Notes: generated by a model not told the origin, from the sequence alone. Positions 1-12,953 are shown, numbered from the stretch's first letter. The stretch: 64,000 bases of DNA from Eledone cirrhosa (GCA_964016885.1 OZ024741.1:268398001-268462000); one strand, 5' to 3'. Translations and numbers: made by a program.

Positions 1-1397
1 GTCCTTGTGATGAAGAGGGGTAAATTGAGCAGAAGCAATGGAATCCAGGTACCAACAGGTGAGATGATAAAGGAAATTGATGCTGAAGAGGGATACAAAT
101 ATTTAGGTGTTCTGGAGGCTGATGACATCAAGAACAAAAAAATGAAGGAACTGATAAGATCTGAATACATTCGGAGAGTAAGGAGTGTACTAAAGTCACA
201 TCTGAACAGTAGGAATGCCATAAGTGTAGTAAATTCCCGAGCTGTGTCTATTATTAGGTACAGTGCGGGAATTCTGAGATGGAATGTTGCTGAACAAAAA
301 GAAATGGATAGGAAGACTAGGAAGCTATTGACTATCTACATGTTCCACAAAAGGAGTGATGTCGATAGACTCTACTTAAGGAGATCTGAAGGTGGAAGAG
401 GTCTTGTCAGCATAGAGGACTGTGTTCAGATGGAGAAAAACAATCTACACAAATACATGACTGATAGTAGAGAGTCAATGCTCAGAATTGTACTGAAGGA
501 GAGGACAATAGACCAGGGGATGTCTAAGGAGGAAATAACAACAAGGAGAAAGAGCAACCTTCATGAAAAATCCCTTCATAGTACGTTCTTTGAGAACACT
601 GAATTCAGAGATCCACAGACATGGAACTGGTTGAAAAGAGGAGACCTTAAAAAGGCTACAGAAGGAATGCTAATGGCTGCACAAGAGCAGGCCCTCAAAA
701 CGAAGTGGCTGAAACACCATATTTACAAAGAGGAGGCTATCCCACTGTGTAGGGTCTGTGGAGAGAGAGAGGAGACTGTGGCTCACATTGTATCCGAGTG
801 TAAACACCTAGTCCAGACTCACTATAAAGGCTAGAGACATGATGTGATGGGCAGGGTGATCCACTGGCACCTATGCAAAGTAAACAATTTACCACATTCT
901 GAGAAGTGGTATGAGCATAAGCCAGAGTCGGTGATGGAAAACGATCAGGTAAAGGTGCTGTGAGATTTTAGGATACAAACGGACAAGAAACTGGAACACA
1001 ATAGACCTGACCTGGTGGTTTTGGACAAGGGAAAAAGATCGTGCCTGATTGTGGATGTAGCCTGCCCATTCGACACGAGAGTGCAAGAGAAGGAGAGGGA
1101 GAAAATTAACCGATACCAGGACTTAAAGTGGGAGGTAAAAAGGATTTGGAAATGCCATGAGGTCAAAGTGGTCCTGATTGTCATAGGCGCACTAGGTACT
1201 ATCTCAAAGAGTTTCCAAGGATGGTTAAAGAAAATTGGTCCCGCCCCGCTTTTTGGAACACTTCAAAAGGCATGCTTGCTGGGAATAGCAAGAACCCTCC
1301 GATACATCCTGAATATCTGAGGCTGCAGGTAGTGGCTTGATATTCATTTCAACAAACATTCCAGTTAAATAACATCAATGACTGAGACTCAAAGAAC
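1..1397 (+). mobile_element. R4/Dong-clade RLE non-LTR retrotransposon, 3' part (RT thumb, zinc knuckle, restriction-like endonuclease), disrupted by stops; continues beyond the window start
   Basis: YKYLG, GGRGL, CCHC knuckle CRVCGEREETVAHIVSEC, RHD after the stop at 832-834, NRPDLVVLDK..IVDVACPFD..EKINRYQDLK (PD-(D/E)xK), VIGALG; 3' end runs into (AAT)n at 1398. Confidence 0.9.

Positions 1398-1445
<48 letters not shown>
1398..1445. repeat. (AAT)n microsatellite shared by the 3' ends of two tail-to-tail LINEs
   Basis: about 16 perfect AAT units. Confidence 0.95.
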
Positions 1446-1446
<1 letters not shown>

Positions 1447-4400
1447 GTTTCTTTATTGGCCACAAGGGCTAACATGAAGAAAAACATTACAGACGGCACA
1501 GGACGATACAAAGTGGGTTTTGTCCGTGTAAAAAGGTTATAAAAGACAGAAACGTGTAAAATAAATTAAAATTCAAACAACAAAAATTCCCCAATAAGGG
1601 GGAAGCTTCCAAAGGTCACTCATGGCGAAAAGCACACAAAAGACCACGGTCACCCTGACCACCAGGGCAAGCGCCCTCTCTCAGTTTTCCCCCTCCTCTG
1701 TCTACAGGCACATACTCAGACCAGATTCGCCACTTTCACCCACCTTTCAACAAACTTACTAGAAGACAGCACTAGCCTTTCCACCCTGATCTTCCTCTTC
1801 AAGTGAAACTTGAAAAAGTTAATCAGGGATTGGCCGGAGAGGAAACTGTCTGTTTTTAACCCTTTCAACCTTGTCCACCACACAATCTCTTTCGTCATGG
1901 CCACTAGGCAGATGAAGACTGCTTGCCCTTCCACCTCTTTAAAGGAGGATGGCAGTGCTTTCTTCACAGCAACTGTTCGACATAGCTCCACAAGTCAGCA
2001 ATTCTCGGGCACTGAACAAGGGAGTGTAGGACGGTTTCGCCGTCCTGCGTGTATCTCGGACAGGCTCATCTGACAGCAACTCCGTATCTGTAGAGCTTAT
2101 CCCGAACCGGCAATGTTCCCCAGTAGCACTGCCAGGCCAGGGATTTCTGGAAATTGTCCATAGGTACTGGGCTGAAAGTTCTCTTGAAGAGAGCAAACAG
2201 CTGATCCTCTTCGACACCCAGGGTCTCCCTGAGAACGTCGTCGCTCTCCCCTCCACTAGCCCTCTATAGAATGCCAAGGTGGATGTTCCACCAATATCAG
2301 TGCCCAGATGGTAGAGGGCGGTGAGCGCCTGGAGACATTCCAGCTTCCAAATGCTATCCCTCGGTCTTTTTCTGATCCAGGACTGCAGCTCCGTCAAGGA
2401 GACGAGCTGGGGAAAAGCGTGTCTGGCAAACGGCGACCAAACCTGTTCACCATCAAGGAAGCACCAGAGACGTTGCAGCCTCAGCGCATGTTTGCGCATC
2501 ATTAGCCACGGCATGCCCAGTCCGCCACGCAAAGGGTGCTGACAGCAGATGGATCGTTTGACCATGGGAGCACGTCCCGTCCACAAAAAGTGGAAGAGAA
2601 GGCGTTCCATTTTGGTCAGAGTTGGACGGGGGCAAGGTACGACGGTCAGGTGGTAGCAGATGACGGACGCGATGTATGCATTTGCCACCTCCGCCTGACC
2701 TTTCAGAGACAGCCTCCTCTTAGCCCATTTCTGGGTTAGAGAAGCCACCCTGCTCGTCACCTCGCTCCAGTTTTTCTCCATCTGGAGGTCTGGACCGAAC
2801 CAGACCCCGAGCAATTTAACTGGTTCCTCTGTCCAGCGCCCCACGATGCTGTCGGACGGCATTGACTTGCCTCTCCAGGTGCCGAGTTGCAAGCCTACCG
2901 ACTTTTCCTGGTTTATCTTTGCTCCTGTCACCGCTTCGTATTCCTTGAGAGCAAGGCCGAGCATCTGGACGTGTTTGGTGCTCGACACCACCATTGTGAC
3001 GTTGTCGGCATAGGCCGACATGGATCTTCCGCATCCCAGTTCACGAGATACCCCCCTCATGGTCTCCAATTTGTGCAGTAATGGCTTGAGAACCAGTACG
3101 TACAAGAGGGACGAGAGGGGACAACCTTGGCAGACCGAGCGCATTATGCTGAACGGCTGCGACAGGTGACCATTCACCCTCACAATCGAACAGATGTCGC
3201 TGTGCTTCACAGTGATCCAGCCTCTAAAAACGGAGCCAAAGCCGGCTGCCTCGAGGACCACAGCCAGGTACCAATGGTCGACCCTATCAAATGCTTTAGA
3301 TTGATCCAAGTTGATCAGAGCCCCACCCGTGCCAGGTTCCTTAACCACCCTCTCTATGATGTATCACATGAGATGGAGGTTGTCGTGGATGGATCTGTCC
3401 GGAATGGCGCATGTCTGCGTGTCTCCCACCAGATTACCGATGACAAGCGCCAATCTCTTTCCTAACACTTTGGCCAAAATCTTGAACTCTGTGTTTAGCT
3501 GAGTTATGGGCCTGAAGTTGTCTATAGCATCCCCTTTGTTTGGGTTTTTTCTCAGCAGCGCCACCACTCCCCGGCTCACAAAACTGGGAATGGTCCCATT
3601 CTGCTGCCAGTTGCAGTAGACATCTGCCAAGAGGTCGCCGAACAAGTCTAGCACATACGCATAAAGCTCTTAGGGTAGACCATCCCAACCTGGCGATTTA
3701 CCCCTCGTGCAGTGTAGACATCACTTCCCGTATTTCATCTGCTGTTATTGGCTTTTCGCAGCATTGTGCTGCGGTCGCTGAGAGCCGCGGCAGTCCCTCG
3801 AGGTATGCACCGAAGTCCATATTCCGATCCTGTCCTTCGTCGCCCCCGAACAATCGAGCAAAGTGCTGTTGAAAAGCTGCACACATTTGCTCAGGTTCAA
3901 GCAATATGTCCCCATTTTGATCAGGCAAAGACCGTATTGTGGATTTGTTGCCACGTTGCGCCTCCACCACCCAGGCCCATTGAACGGCTTTCATTTCCTC
4001 GTGTTTCAGGGCACGCGCTCTAGCTCTGACAATGCATCCTTCATGCTTTGCGTTCAAGAATTGGTCGAGTGCCAATCTCGCCGCAAGTACGTCGGTTGCG
4101 ATGCCTGTCCTAAACGCCTCTTCTAGTTTTCTAATTAGCTCTCCCTCTACTCTATTTTCCTCTATAACTACTCCTTTTCTAAACCTTATCGATTCTACTC
4201 TAATAGCCCTTTTCAGAGTAAACCACCACCTGTTGTTGACGATTGCACCCGTCAACGCATGCTTAACTAATTCTGTAAGTTTTGCGTGCCGGGAAAGACG
4301 CGTTCAGCTTCCAGTAACCAGACCCTTGCCTATGGAGTCTATCTAAGTCAACCTCACAGGTCACAAATTTGAGGTAGTCGACTACTTTAAATTGTGGACA

Positions 4401-4520
4401 ACTTACTCTAGCCTTATCTGTTTCCCTACAGAATACCCTATCTAAATACGATCTGGATGACCCGATGCGGTTTGCCCTTGTCCACATTGGTACATTCGGA
4501 TAATCCAGTCTATACTTGTC
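1446..4520 (-). mobile_element. Tx1/L1-clade LINE, 5'-truncated ORF2 (end of APE endonuclease, RT, C-terminal zinc knuckle) with stops/frameshifts
   Basis: SYLDRV and GSGYWKLN (APE C-terminus), NFRPITQLNTEFKILAK, LDQSKAFDRV, QGCPLSSLLY, AYADN, LLGVWFG, GGLGMP, ETVLH..C knuckle; AATAAA then (ATT)n tail at about 1445. Confidence 0.9.
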
Positions 4521-4608
4521 AGCAGGATTTGAACTCAGGATTGGCAAGGGCCATAACTCTATGCATCAAAGTATGGTGTCCGACCCTCTACCGATACTGC
4601 CAATCCAC
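4521..4608 (-). mobile_element. tRNA-derived SINE head only, joined to the Tx1 5' end
   Basis: minus strand tggattggcagtatcggtagagggtcggac...gagttcaaatcctgc (Pol III A/B boxes); matches the head of the full SINE at 7935-8137. Confidence 0.8.
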
Positions 4609-4616
4609 AATAATAA

Positions 4617-7117
4617 TAAGAAAAAGTTCATAATATACATGCCCCATGGATAGACAGACAAATGAAAGATACAGCTCACCTTGAGGAACAAATATGGGAA
4701 AATATAACAGTTGAACATCTGCGTTTAGCTCTTAGAAAATCCAGCAAATGGAAATCCCCAGGGAAAGACAAAATACCAAATTTTTGGATAAATGCCTTCA
4801 CAGAGTCTCATGAGCTGTTAGCCCAACTTTACAATGAAATGGTTAAGGAGCCAGAAAAGATACCATCATGGCTAGTTAACGGCATTACATTCATACTTCC
4901 GAAGAATGATGAGACAAATAATCCCCAAAATTACAGACCGATAACTTGCTTGTCCACAATGTATAAAATTTTAACATCAGTCCTCCCTGAATGTACATAT
5001 GATCATCTGATAACAAATGATCTATTTCCTAATGAGCAGAAAGGGTGTAAATGAGGCTCCTATGGCTGTAAGGATCAGCTTTTGGTTAACAAAATGATAC
5101 TGGAAGATTGTCATAATAGACACAAAAATCTATCAATTGCTTGGATAGATTACAAAAAAGCATTTGATAGTTTGCCGCACAGTTGGATTGAAAAGTGTTT
5201 AGAGATTTTCAAAATATCTCCCGTTGTCAGGAGGTTCCTGTCATTCAGTATGAAAACATAGAAAACAACACTCCTCTTGAATAGTGAAAAAATCAGTGGA
5301 AGCTGGAGAAGTTAATATTAATTGTGGAATTTTTCAGGGTGACTCTTTATCACCGCTTTTATTCTGCTTCGCTCTTATACCATTAAGTAAAATGCTCAAT
5401 GAAACAAAACATGGGTATAAAGTCTATGACAAAACCATTAATCACTTGTTCTACATGGATGACCTGAAACTATTTGCAAAAAATGATGAGAAATGGAAAG
5501 GGCTATTATCGATAGTGAAGCAGTTCAGTGATGATATTAAAATAGATAAATGCACTAAAGTCATGTTCACCAGAGGAAAGCTGCTGAGTTCAGACATTAA
5601 TCTTGATCAGGGGAATGTGATAAGAGAACTTGATCAAGAGGAAACTTACAAATATCTAGGTGTTTGTGAAGGAGACGGAATCAAACACTCGACAATGAGG
5701 GAAAGGATAACGAAGGAATGTTACCGCAGAGTAAGAGCAATCTTTAGAACGGAGTTAATGCAAGGAATAGGATTGATGCCATTAACACGCTTGCCATACC
5801 AGTAGTAACCTACAGTTTCAATGTCATCAACTGGTCAAGCACAGATCTCCATAGGCTCGATACAAAAATTAGAAAATTCTTAACCATGCACAAAATGCAT
5901 CACCCTAAGGCAGATACAGATAGAATATATCTCCCTAGGAAAGAAGTAGGACGTGGATTAATCCAGTTAGATATTGCTTTGAAAACTGCAACAATTGGAT
6001 TATCTACATATCTAAGGGAGGCACATGATTTGATGATCAAGCTCATTTTGAAACATGAAAGCATCAAAAGATCATACTCCATTACAAAAGATGCACAAAG
6101 ATACAGTAATGAACTACAAATTTTAGAAGTTCCTTTACTGCTGAAATGAAAAACACAGAAAAAGCAAAGCAGGTAAAAGTAACTGCAAAGAAAGAACTGC
6201 TACAGAAACTGGCTAAGAAATAGTATGGAAAATACCCAGAGCGAGCTAACAATCCTGATGTTGACAAAACTTTAACCCATCAGTGGTTGGCATCCTCTGG
6301 ACTGAAATCGGAGACTGAAGGACTGACTATATCAGCACAAGATCAGTGTCTGCCAACAAAAAATTATCAAGCCAACATAATAAAAAATGGATGCAACCCA
6401 TTATGCCATGTATGTAAAAAACAACCAGAGACCATTGATCATATAATTTCAATGTGCAGTCCTATAGCTCCAACTGAATACCTAAACAGGCACGACAGAG
6501 CTGCACAATACATACATTGGGTAATGTGTAAGCATTTTGACCTGCCCCATCAAAAGAATTTGTGGGAGCATCAACCAGCTCCCGTATTTGAAAAAGATCA
6601 CATCTCAATCTTGTGGAACTTTAGCATCCAAACAGACCGAAAAATAGATGCAAATAGAGCTGATATAATACTGAAGGACTTTAAAAAGAGGGCATGTCTG
6701 CTAATTGATATGTCCATTCCAATAGACAAGAATGTATATCTATAAAAACATTTGAAAAATTTAAAGACCTGGAGATAGAAATTGGAAAAATGTGGAAGTT
6801 GAGAACTAAAACAATACCAGTGGTTGTAGGTGCTCTAGGAATATACCTAAGGGGTCTAAAAATTACTTATCCCAAATCCCAGGAAATATATAGAAGAAAA
6901 TGTACAGAAGAAATACAAAAGATAGTACTAATCGGAACTGCCCATATACTAAGGAAGATTCTGTCAATATAAGTACATCACAAGTCTAAACACCTAAAGA
7001 TCCATGTGTGTGTATGTATGTTCTTTCTTGAACATGGCAGACCTTGTGGTCTCTTGAGGTCACTGGTTGTGACTTGGTGATAACTCGTTTGAACATAAAG
7101 CAAGATAAATGCAGCTG
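4617..7117 (+). mobile_element. Second R4/Dong-like RLE retrotransposon (different subfamily), 5'-truncated, degenerate
   Basis: KSPGKD, NYRPITCLSTMYKILT, DYKKAFDS, GIFQGDSLSPLLF, HLFYMDD, YKYLG, CHVCKKQPETIDHIISMC, RHD, NRADII, VVVGALG; flanked by AAT repeats on both sides. Confidence 0.9.
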
Positions 7118-7183
7118 TAATAATAATAATAATAATAATTGTTTCTACTTTTGGCAAAGGCCCGCAATTACCCAGTGCATTAC

Positions 7184-7237
<54 letters not shown>

Positions 7238-7239
<2 letters not shown>

Positions 7240-7932
7240 CTTTCTTTATTAACCACAAGGGTTTACACAAAGTAAGACATTGAGGACAATACAGGACAAT
7301 ACAGGACGGTATAATGGGCATTTCTGTGTGTAAAAAAATAAAAACAGAGGATGTAACAAAAAAGAAACAATGAAAAATTCCCCAATAGTGGGGAGACTTC
7401 CGAGAGCCATCGTGGAGAAAGCCCATTAAAAAAGCCACGGTGACCCTGACCACCAGGCAAGTGCCCTCTCCCAGTTTTCCACCTTCAATTTACAGGCACA
7501 TACTCAGAGTAGGCCCATTCACTTGAGCCATTCTTGCCTCTCTCACCCATCTTTCAACAAAATGTTGAGAAGAGAGCATTTCCCTCTCTACCCTGATTTT
7601 CCTTTTCAAATGAAATTTGAAAAAAGTTAATCAGGGCATCGCCGAAGAGGTAAGTGCTCGCCTTCAGCCCTTTCAAACGCGTCCACCAAACTATCTTTTT
7701 CACCATGGCCACCAGACAGATAAAAACTGCCTGCCCTTCCCCACTAAAGGAAGTGGGCGGGGCAATCCTCACGATGGACTCAGTTGATAGCCGGACCTGT
7801 CCTACACGCGACAGCAGGTGTTCGACATAAACCCACAAGTCAGCAATGCTCGGATACTGGACGAGTGCGTGCAGGACGGTTTCGCCGCCCTGCGCGCATC
7901 TTGGACATGCCCGGCTGACGGTACTTCCATGC
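7238..7932 (-). mobile_element. Tx1-like LINE 3' fragment, related to 1446-4520
   Basis: CPRCAQGGETVLHAL knuckle and GQAVFICLVAMVKKIVWWTRLKGLK closely match the C-terminus of the first copy; ends in (ATT)n at 7188-7237. Confidence 0.85.
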
Positions 7933-7934
7933 CA

Positions 7935-8137
7935 ATAATAATAATAATTGTTTCTACTTTTGGCACAAGGCCAGCAATTACCCAGTACATTTCTGGTACT
8001 TTATTTTATCGACCCCGAAAGGATGAAAGGCAAAGTTAACCTCGGCGGGATTTGAACTCAGATCATAAAGGGACGTAACTCTATGCTTCAAAGCATGGTG
8101 TCCGACTCTCTACCGATACTGCCAGTCCACCGCCCTA
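7935..8137 (-). mobile_element. Full-length tRNA-derived SINE with a Meta-domain-like core and (ATT)n tail
   Basis: A/B boxes, core ttgcctttcatcctttcggggtcgataaaataaagtaccag, tail ggccttgtgccaaaagtagaaacaattatt; further copies or fragments at 7137-7187, 11460-11610, 33291-33463, 35637-35695, 45041-45675, 46590-46750, 48390-48510, 56581-56760. Confidence 0.85.
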
Positions 8138-8158
8138 AATAATAATAATAATAATAAT

Positions 8159-8760
8159 GAAATTATTGTGTACAGTGCTCAGGTGCACTACAACTCATCA
8201 AAGGTGCATGTATAGTACATAGAATAATGTACAAATGTCATGAAAGTGAACAGTGTATGAGTCATGATATACATGTGTATGTATGGAGGGGGGGATATCT
8301 GGTATAGAGTTGACGAATCTCAGGAAGCATGGAGGTTTTAAAGGATGCAGTGTCTCGACAGCTAACAACTGATGCAGGTAGTTTGTTCCATGCTTCAGAA
8401 ACTCTGAACGTGGAAAAAATGTTTCTGAAAGTCATGGGAGCTGTGCTGTTTTCTGACTTTTTAGGCAAGCCCATGTGTGTTAGACATATGGAAATTAAAA
8501 AGTTGCTCAGGGTTGTTGTTGGCAAGATGGTTAATAATTTTGTGGGTGTTTACCAAGTCAGTTGCCAGATGTTGGAGCTTAAATGTATCCATGCACGGAA
8601 GCAAGGCGTTCAGAGTATGGTAGATGCTTGATGGAGGGTATTCACTTGGTTGCATATCCCTGAACAGTTCCCAGGCGGTCAATGTTCTAAGCAAGATAGG
8701 GGTTCCAGACTAGTGATGCAAATTCTAAGTGTGGCCGCAGCATAGCTATATACTGCTTTT
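8159..8760 (-). mobile_element. CR1-group LINE 3' fragment
   Basis: minus-strand YIAMLRPHLEFASLVWNPYL and FSTFRVSEAWNKLPASVVSCRDTASFK; ends in (ATT)n. Confidence 0.8.
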
Positions 8761-9072
8761 ATGGGGGGGGGGGGATATATGGTACCACAACAAAAAGCAC
8801 CCAATCCATGCTGTAATGTGATTGGCATTAGGAAGGGCATCTAGCCATAGAAACCAAGCCTAAAACAAATTTGTATGAGCAAGACTTGTTATCATTCTAT
8901 TGTCCATTCCTTGGATATCATCACCATTGTTTTACATCCATTTTTCCGTGCTAGCATGGGTTAGACGAGTTGTCCTGTTGTGAGCAATGTTAGGTCAGGT
9001 GACCTTGTCTTGTTTATACAGAATTGATTTGTGCTTGGTTTCTACAGCTTGCTGACCTTCCTAATGCCAACC

Positions 9073-9355
9073 TTATTTACAGTACTGGGTGCTTTTTCTC
9101 ATGACAACTACACAACCACTTTACAGTGTGGACTCGGTACTTTTTGTTGTGACACCTACTCAACACCTTCACAGTGTGGACTGGGTGCTTTTTGTCTCGA
9201 CACCTCCACAACCACTTTACAGAGTTGGCTGGGTGCTTTTTGTCGTGACACCTCCACAACCACTTTACAGTGTGGGCTGGGTGCTTTTTGCTGTGGCTCC
9301 TCCACAAACACTTTACAGTGTGGGCTGGGTGCTTTTTGTCATGACACCTCCACAA
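9073..9355 (-). repeat. 48-bp tandem array (about 6 units) within an RTE 3'-UTR-derived fragment
   Basis: unit cactttacagtgtgggctgggtgctttttgtcgtgacacctccacaac at about 9117, 9165, 9213, 9261, 9309; the same unit occurs in the RTE 3' UTR at 44505-44605. Confidence 0.85.
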
Positions 9356-10489
9356 TCTTTCTTTCTCACTTATTCAATGTAAAATTCAGCCCTAATAATT
9401 CAGTTTCTCCGCCCAACCTATTTTCCCTATTATTGTCACTCACAGTCAACAATGGCAACAACAGCATCAACACTTTAAATATTATTAACACAATGCTAGC
9501 CATATGTTGTTTTGTATTTTTTTTATCTATGAGGAGGTTTAAATTTAAGTTTAGCTTCTGCTGCCTCACCCTCCTCCTCCTCCTATGTTTGTAATAGATA
9601 AGGTGTGTGGTTTGTGGTTTGTGGTTTGTTGTGTGCAGTGTGTGGTGTGTTAGCAAATATTACTGTGGCTGTCATCTGTGACATTAACAATCCTAAGAAA
9701 GTTGGAGATATGAACTAAAGTGAGTAAGTGTGGTGGTGGGACTTATGAACATCTATATAGATACTTTAATAGTTAGAAATAGCTGCAAAATCTCCATCAA
9801 ATCATGCCCTACTATCTCACAAAAGGGAAGGACACATTAGATAATGTAATTTTAGATACACCGATAAAAATGAATCTTTGTGCAATCACTTAATCAGCTA
9901 GATATAACAGCCAAATATCTCACAAATCAGGCCATTATGTCTTATAAAAAGGAAGAACTCATTAAATAATATAGTCCTAGATACATTTAACAAGGCAACA
10001 GTCAATGCCATGGCTCAAGCTACTAAAAATCGCAGCAAAATCTCTCAAACTACACTGCACTGTCTTACAAAAGTTAAAGACACTTTAAATAATATAATCC
10101 AAGATCCACATAGAAAGACTGAATTCTTATGACTGAAGTGCCTTCATTGATCATAGATCTATTAAGTAAAAGCTAACCTGTAGCAACAACAATAACAATA
10201 ACCATCTTCCCGTTCCGCAGTGGGATGCCACATGCAGCGACACATTCTCCAGTGGCAACCTGGTGCAGTCTGTAACTAACTCAGGCTCTGCTGCATTTTG
10301 GGTTGAGAAGGGTACTCTCCAAATATTGATTGAGCCCGTCACAATGGAGACTTCTGGTCTCCTTGGCTCTAGGGCCACCTTCCTATGATGGAATAAAACG
10401 TTTTCCAAGCCCAGGAAAGCTGAATAGAAGTGGTTGATAGCTTCTGCTACCGCGGTAACCTAATTAGCAATGGGAGAGGCTGCGCTGAG

Positions 10490-11030
10490 AGTTTAGTAGA
10501 CTAAGAACAGGATGGAAGAAGTTCAGTGAGCTACTACCTCTGTTGACAACAAAAAGTTTCTCTCTATGAATGAAAGGTTGTATGATGCCTCTGTGTGATG
10601 TTGGATGCTAAATAGTGGACATGGGCAGTGAATACAAGGGATATGTGAAGGCTAGAGAGAAATAAAGCAAGCATGCTTTGATGGATGTGCAATCTTAACG
10701 TGATAGAATGACAAAGTATGGACAAACTGAGAGAAACATTAGGTATAAGAAGAATCAGATGCAGTGTGCAAGAGAGAAGACTGCACTGGTATGGACATAT
10801 GATGCATATGGATGACAGTCTCTGGGTGAAGAAATGCTAAGAAATCCCAGTGAAAAGAAATTGCTGTAAAGAAAGAACATGGATGGAGGTGGTGAGAGCT
10901 GACCTTAAAATGCTGAACCTCACAGAGATGACTAAGGAACACAGCATATGAAGGGAGGCTAGAAAGACATGTCCAACACATGTAGGCATGGAAAAGCAGA
11001 CATAAAATGATGACAAAGATGAGGAGGAGG
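10490..11030 (+). mobile_element. Old degenerate RTE LINE 3' fragment
   Basis: remnants of GRLYDA..., QERRLHWYGH and a GAT-rich tail; similar pieces at 12070-12490, 15630-15900, 33920-34150, 35120-35350, 37340-38200. Confidence 0.7.
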
Positions 11031-11159
11031 TGCCTGATGGGCTTCTGTACAATTTCCACAAGACTTATGTCAAATCTGGTAAAAGAAAAAAAAATTAATT
11101 GGTTTAAGTTGTTATTTCTGAGTGTATGCTTGGGTTTTTAATGGTGATGCTACATTTAA

Positions 11160-11380
11160 CACTTTAGCATTTAACCCGGCCATATCCAGCCAGAATTCTC
11201 TCAACTCTTTCTGTTCAAACTGGCTGTAACCAGCCACTCATACTGATGTTAAGGTATTGTTCTCAAAATAAATAATATCAAAATCTCATAGATTTGATAT
11301 TATGTGAGATAATTATGTGAGGTAAAGTCTTTACTGGAAAAATATAATAGTAAATATAGATTAATTTAAATGCTTAAGGG
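11160..11380. mobile_element. piggyBac-type MITE (TTAA TSD)
   Basis: TTAA-cactttagcatt...aatgcttaaggg-TTAA; internal sequence is the reverse complement of the copies at 13823 and 35939. Confidence 0.75.
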
Positions 11381-12796
11381 TTAAATTGATTGATGGGTTT
11401 ACTGATAGCTATTCTAGGTCGGGTATCCATGGTTGCAATAACAGCCCCCTGCTCTTCCCCTGTACTGGACTGGTATTTTATTTATCAATCTCGAAAGGAT
11501 GAAACACAAAGCTGACCTTGGCAGGATTTGAATTCAAAACATAGTAAGCTAGGACATATAACAAGGTATTTAATCCAACACCCTAAAGACGAGTTTGCCA
11601 ATTCACTGCTTTGGATATATTAAATATAACATAAACATTTGAAAAGCTCTGGAACCCACAAAGAAACTCTCAATGGTCCACTTGTAGATTATGACCATCC
11701 TGTTGTTGATTCCTGGCTTACATCAATAGCAGGATTACAACACACTCACATACACACACATATATATAGTTCCAGAATAACAAGATGAACACAAAGATGC
11801 AAAAACACAAAGTCTTATTAGTTTCATTCTTGGGAAACTATTATAAATATATATATATATATCTTTGAACATATTGGACATTAGTCATTCATCAGGAAAG
11901 AGCAAAGTTTGGAGAGAAAGAATGTTGGAAAAATAAAAAAGAAGAGCTTTTTTAAGATGGGTGAGGAGAGCAGGCAAGTAGTTTGGCATGTGGGGGTGAG
12001 GACCAAAGTGGAGACTTAGGTGGAAAGTCCAGGTGTATCATTGGTACTGTTACATGAAGTGCATTTCGTGGATGTGCATGTCATTGTTGTTTCTCCTTCA
12101 TATGTGTATGCATGTTTTGAAGCAATCATGCTTCAATGGAGGTGCAATATTGATTGAGAGAATGACAGAGCCTGGTTGAACTGAGAGAAAAACTGAGTAT
12201 AAGAGAAATGAGATGTAGTGTGTAAGAGAGAAGAGTGTGACAGTATGAACATGTGATGTGCATGGATGATAATCACTAGGTGAAGAAATGCCAGGAAATT
12301 CCAGTAGAAGGAAGCCACAGTAGACGAAGACCTGGGTAGAAGTAGTGAGAGCTGATCTCATATCGCTGAAGCTCACAGGGGAGATGATGAAGGAACACGA
12401 AAAGTGGAGAGATGCTCTGCTGAAAAGGATCTGTTCAACCAATGCAAGCATGAAAAAGCAGACGTAAATGCGATAATGATGATGATAATGAAAGTGTGTG
12501 TGTGTGTGTGTATATATATGTGTGTGTCTATGAAATTTGTAATATATATATATATATATAAATGAAAAGTATAGAAATTATTGTGAGCAAGAAGCCAAGA
12601 GTATTCCATAATATATATATATTCCGTAATATATATTATATATATATTATATATATATATATATAGTTATGTAATAAACAACATAAGATAATTATTTCAT
12701 TTACTTGAAAGCAAACAAATTTGCTTTCAGTCATCAGAATGAAAAAATCCTGGTGTATTTATTGAAAGTGGATTTGAAAAACAAAAATATAATAAA

Positions 12797-12907
12797 TATG
12801 TCATGAAGACAAACTGACCCAAGTTTGATAAATATATCTTAAAAAATAATACTGTGTTATTTTTTCCTAGACAGTAATCTTGCAAACAAATATTGTCCAC
12901 ACCCTGT
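12797..12907 (+). mobile_element. 3' end and right TIR fragment of the maT element family
   Basis: near-identical to 19803-19913 (gtcatgaagacaaactgacccaag...accctg-TA). Confidence 0.85.
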
Positions 12908-12953
12908 ATATATACATATATATATATATATACATACATATATATATATATAC

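Noticed and set aside
9031-9594. 187-aa Cys-rich repetitive ORF, or a CRISPR-like array
   Set aside because: Arises from contiguous 48-bp tandem units of the RTE 3' UTR; no unique spacers and no cas genes; eukaryotic context.
10178-10459. Minus-strand 282-bp open segment bounded by AG/GT, a possible coding exon
   Set aside because: No recognisable protein, weak acceptor, and it ends in a (TTG/TTA)n tract like a decayed LINE 3' end; cannot be supported without RNA-seq.
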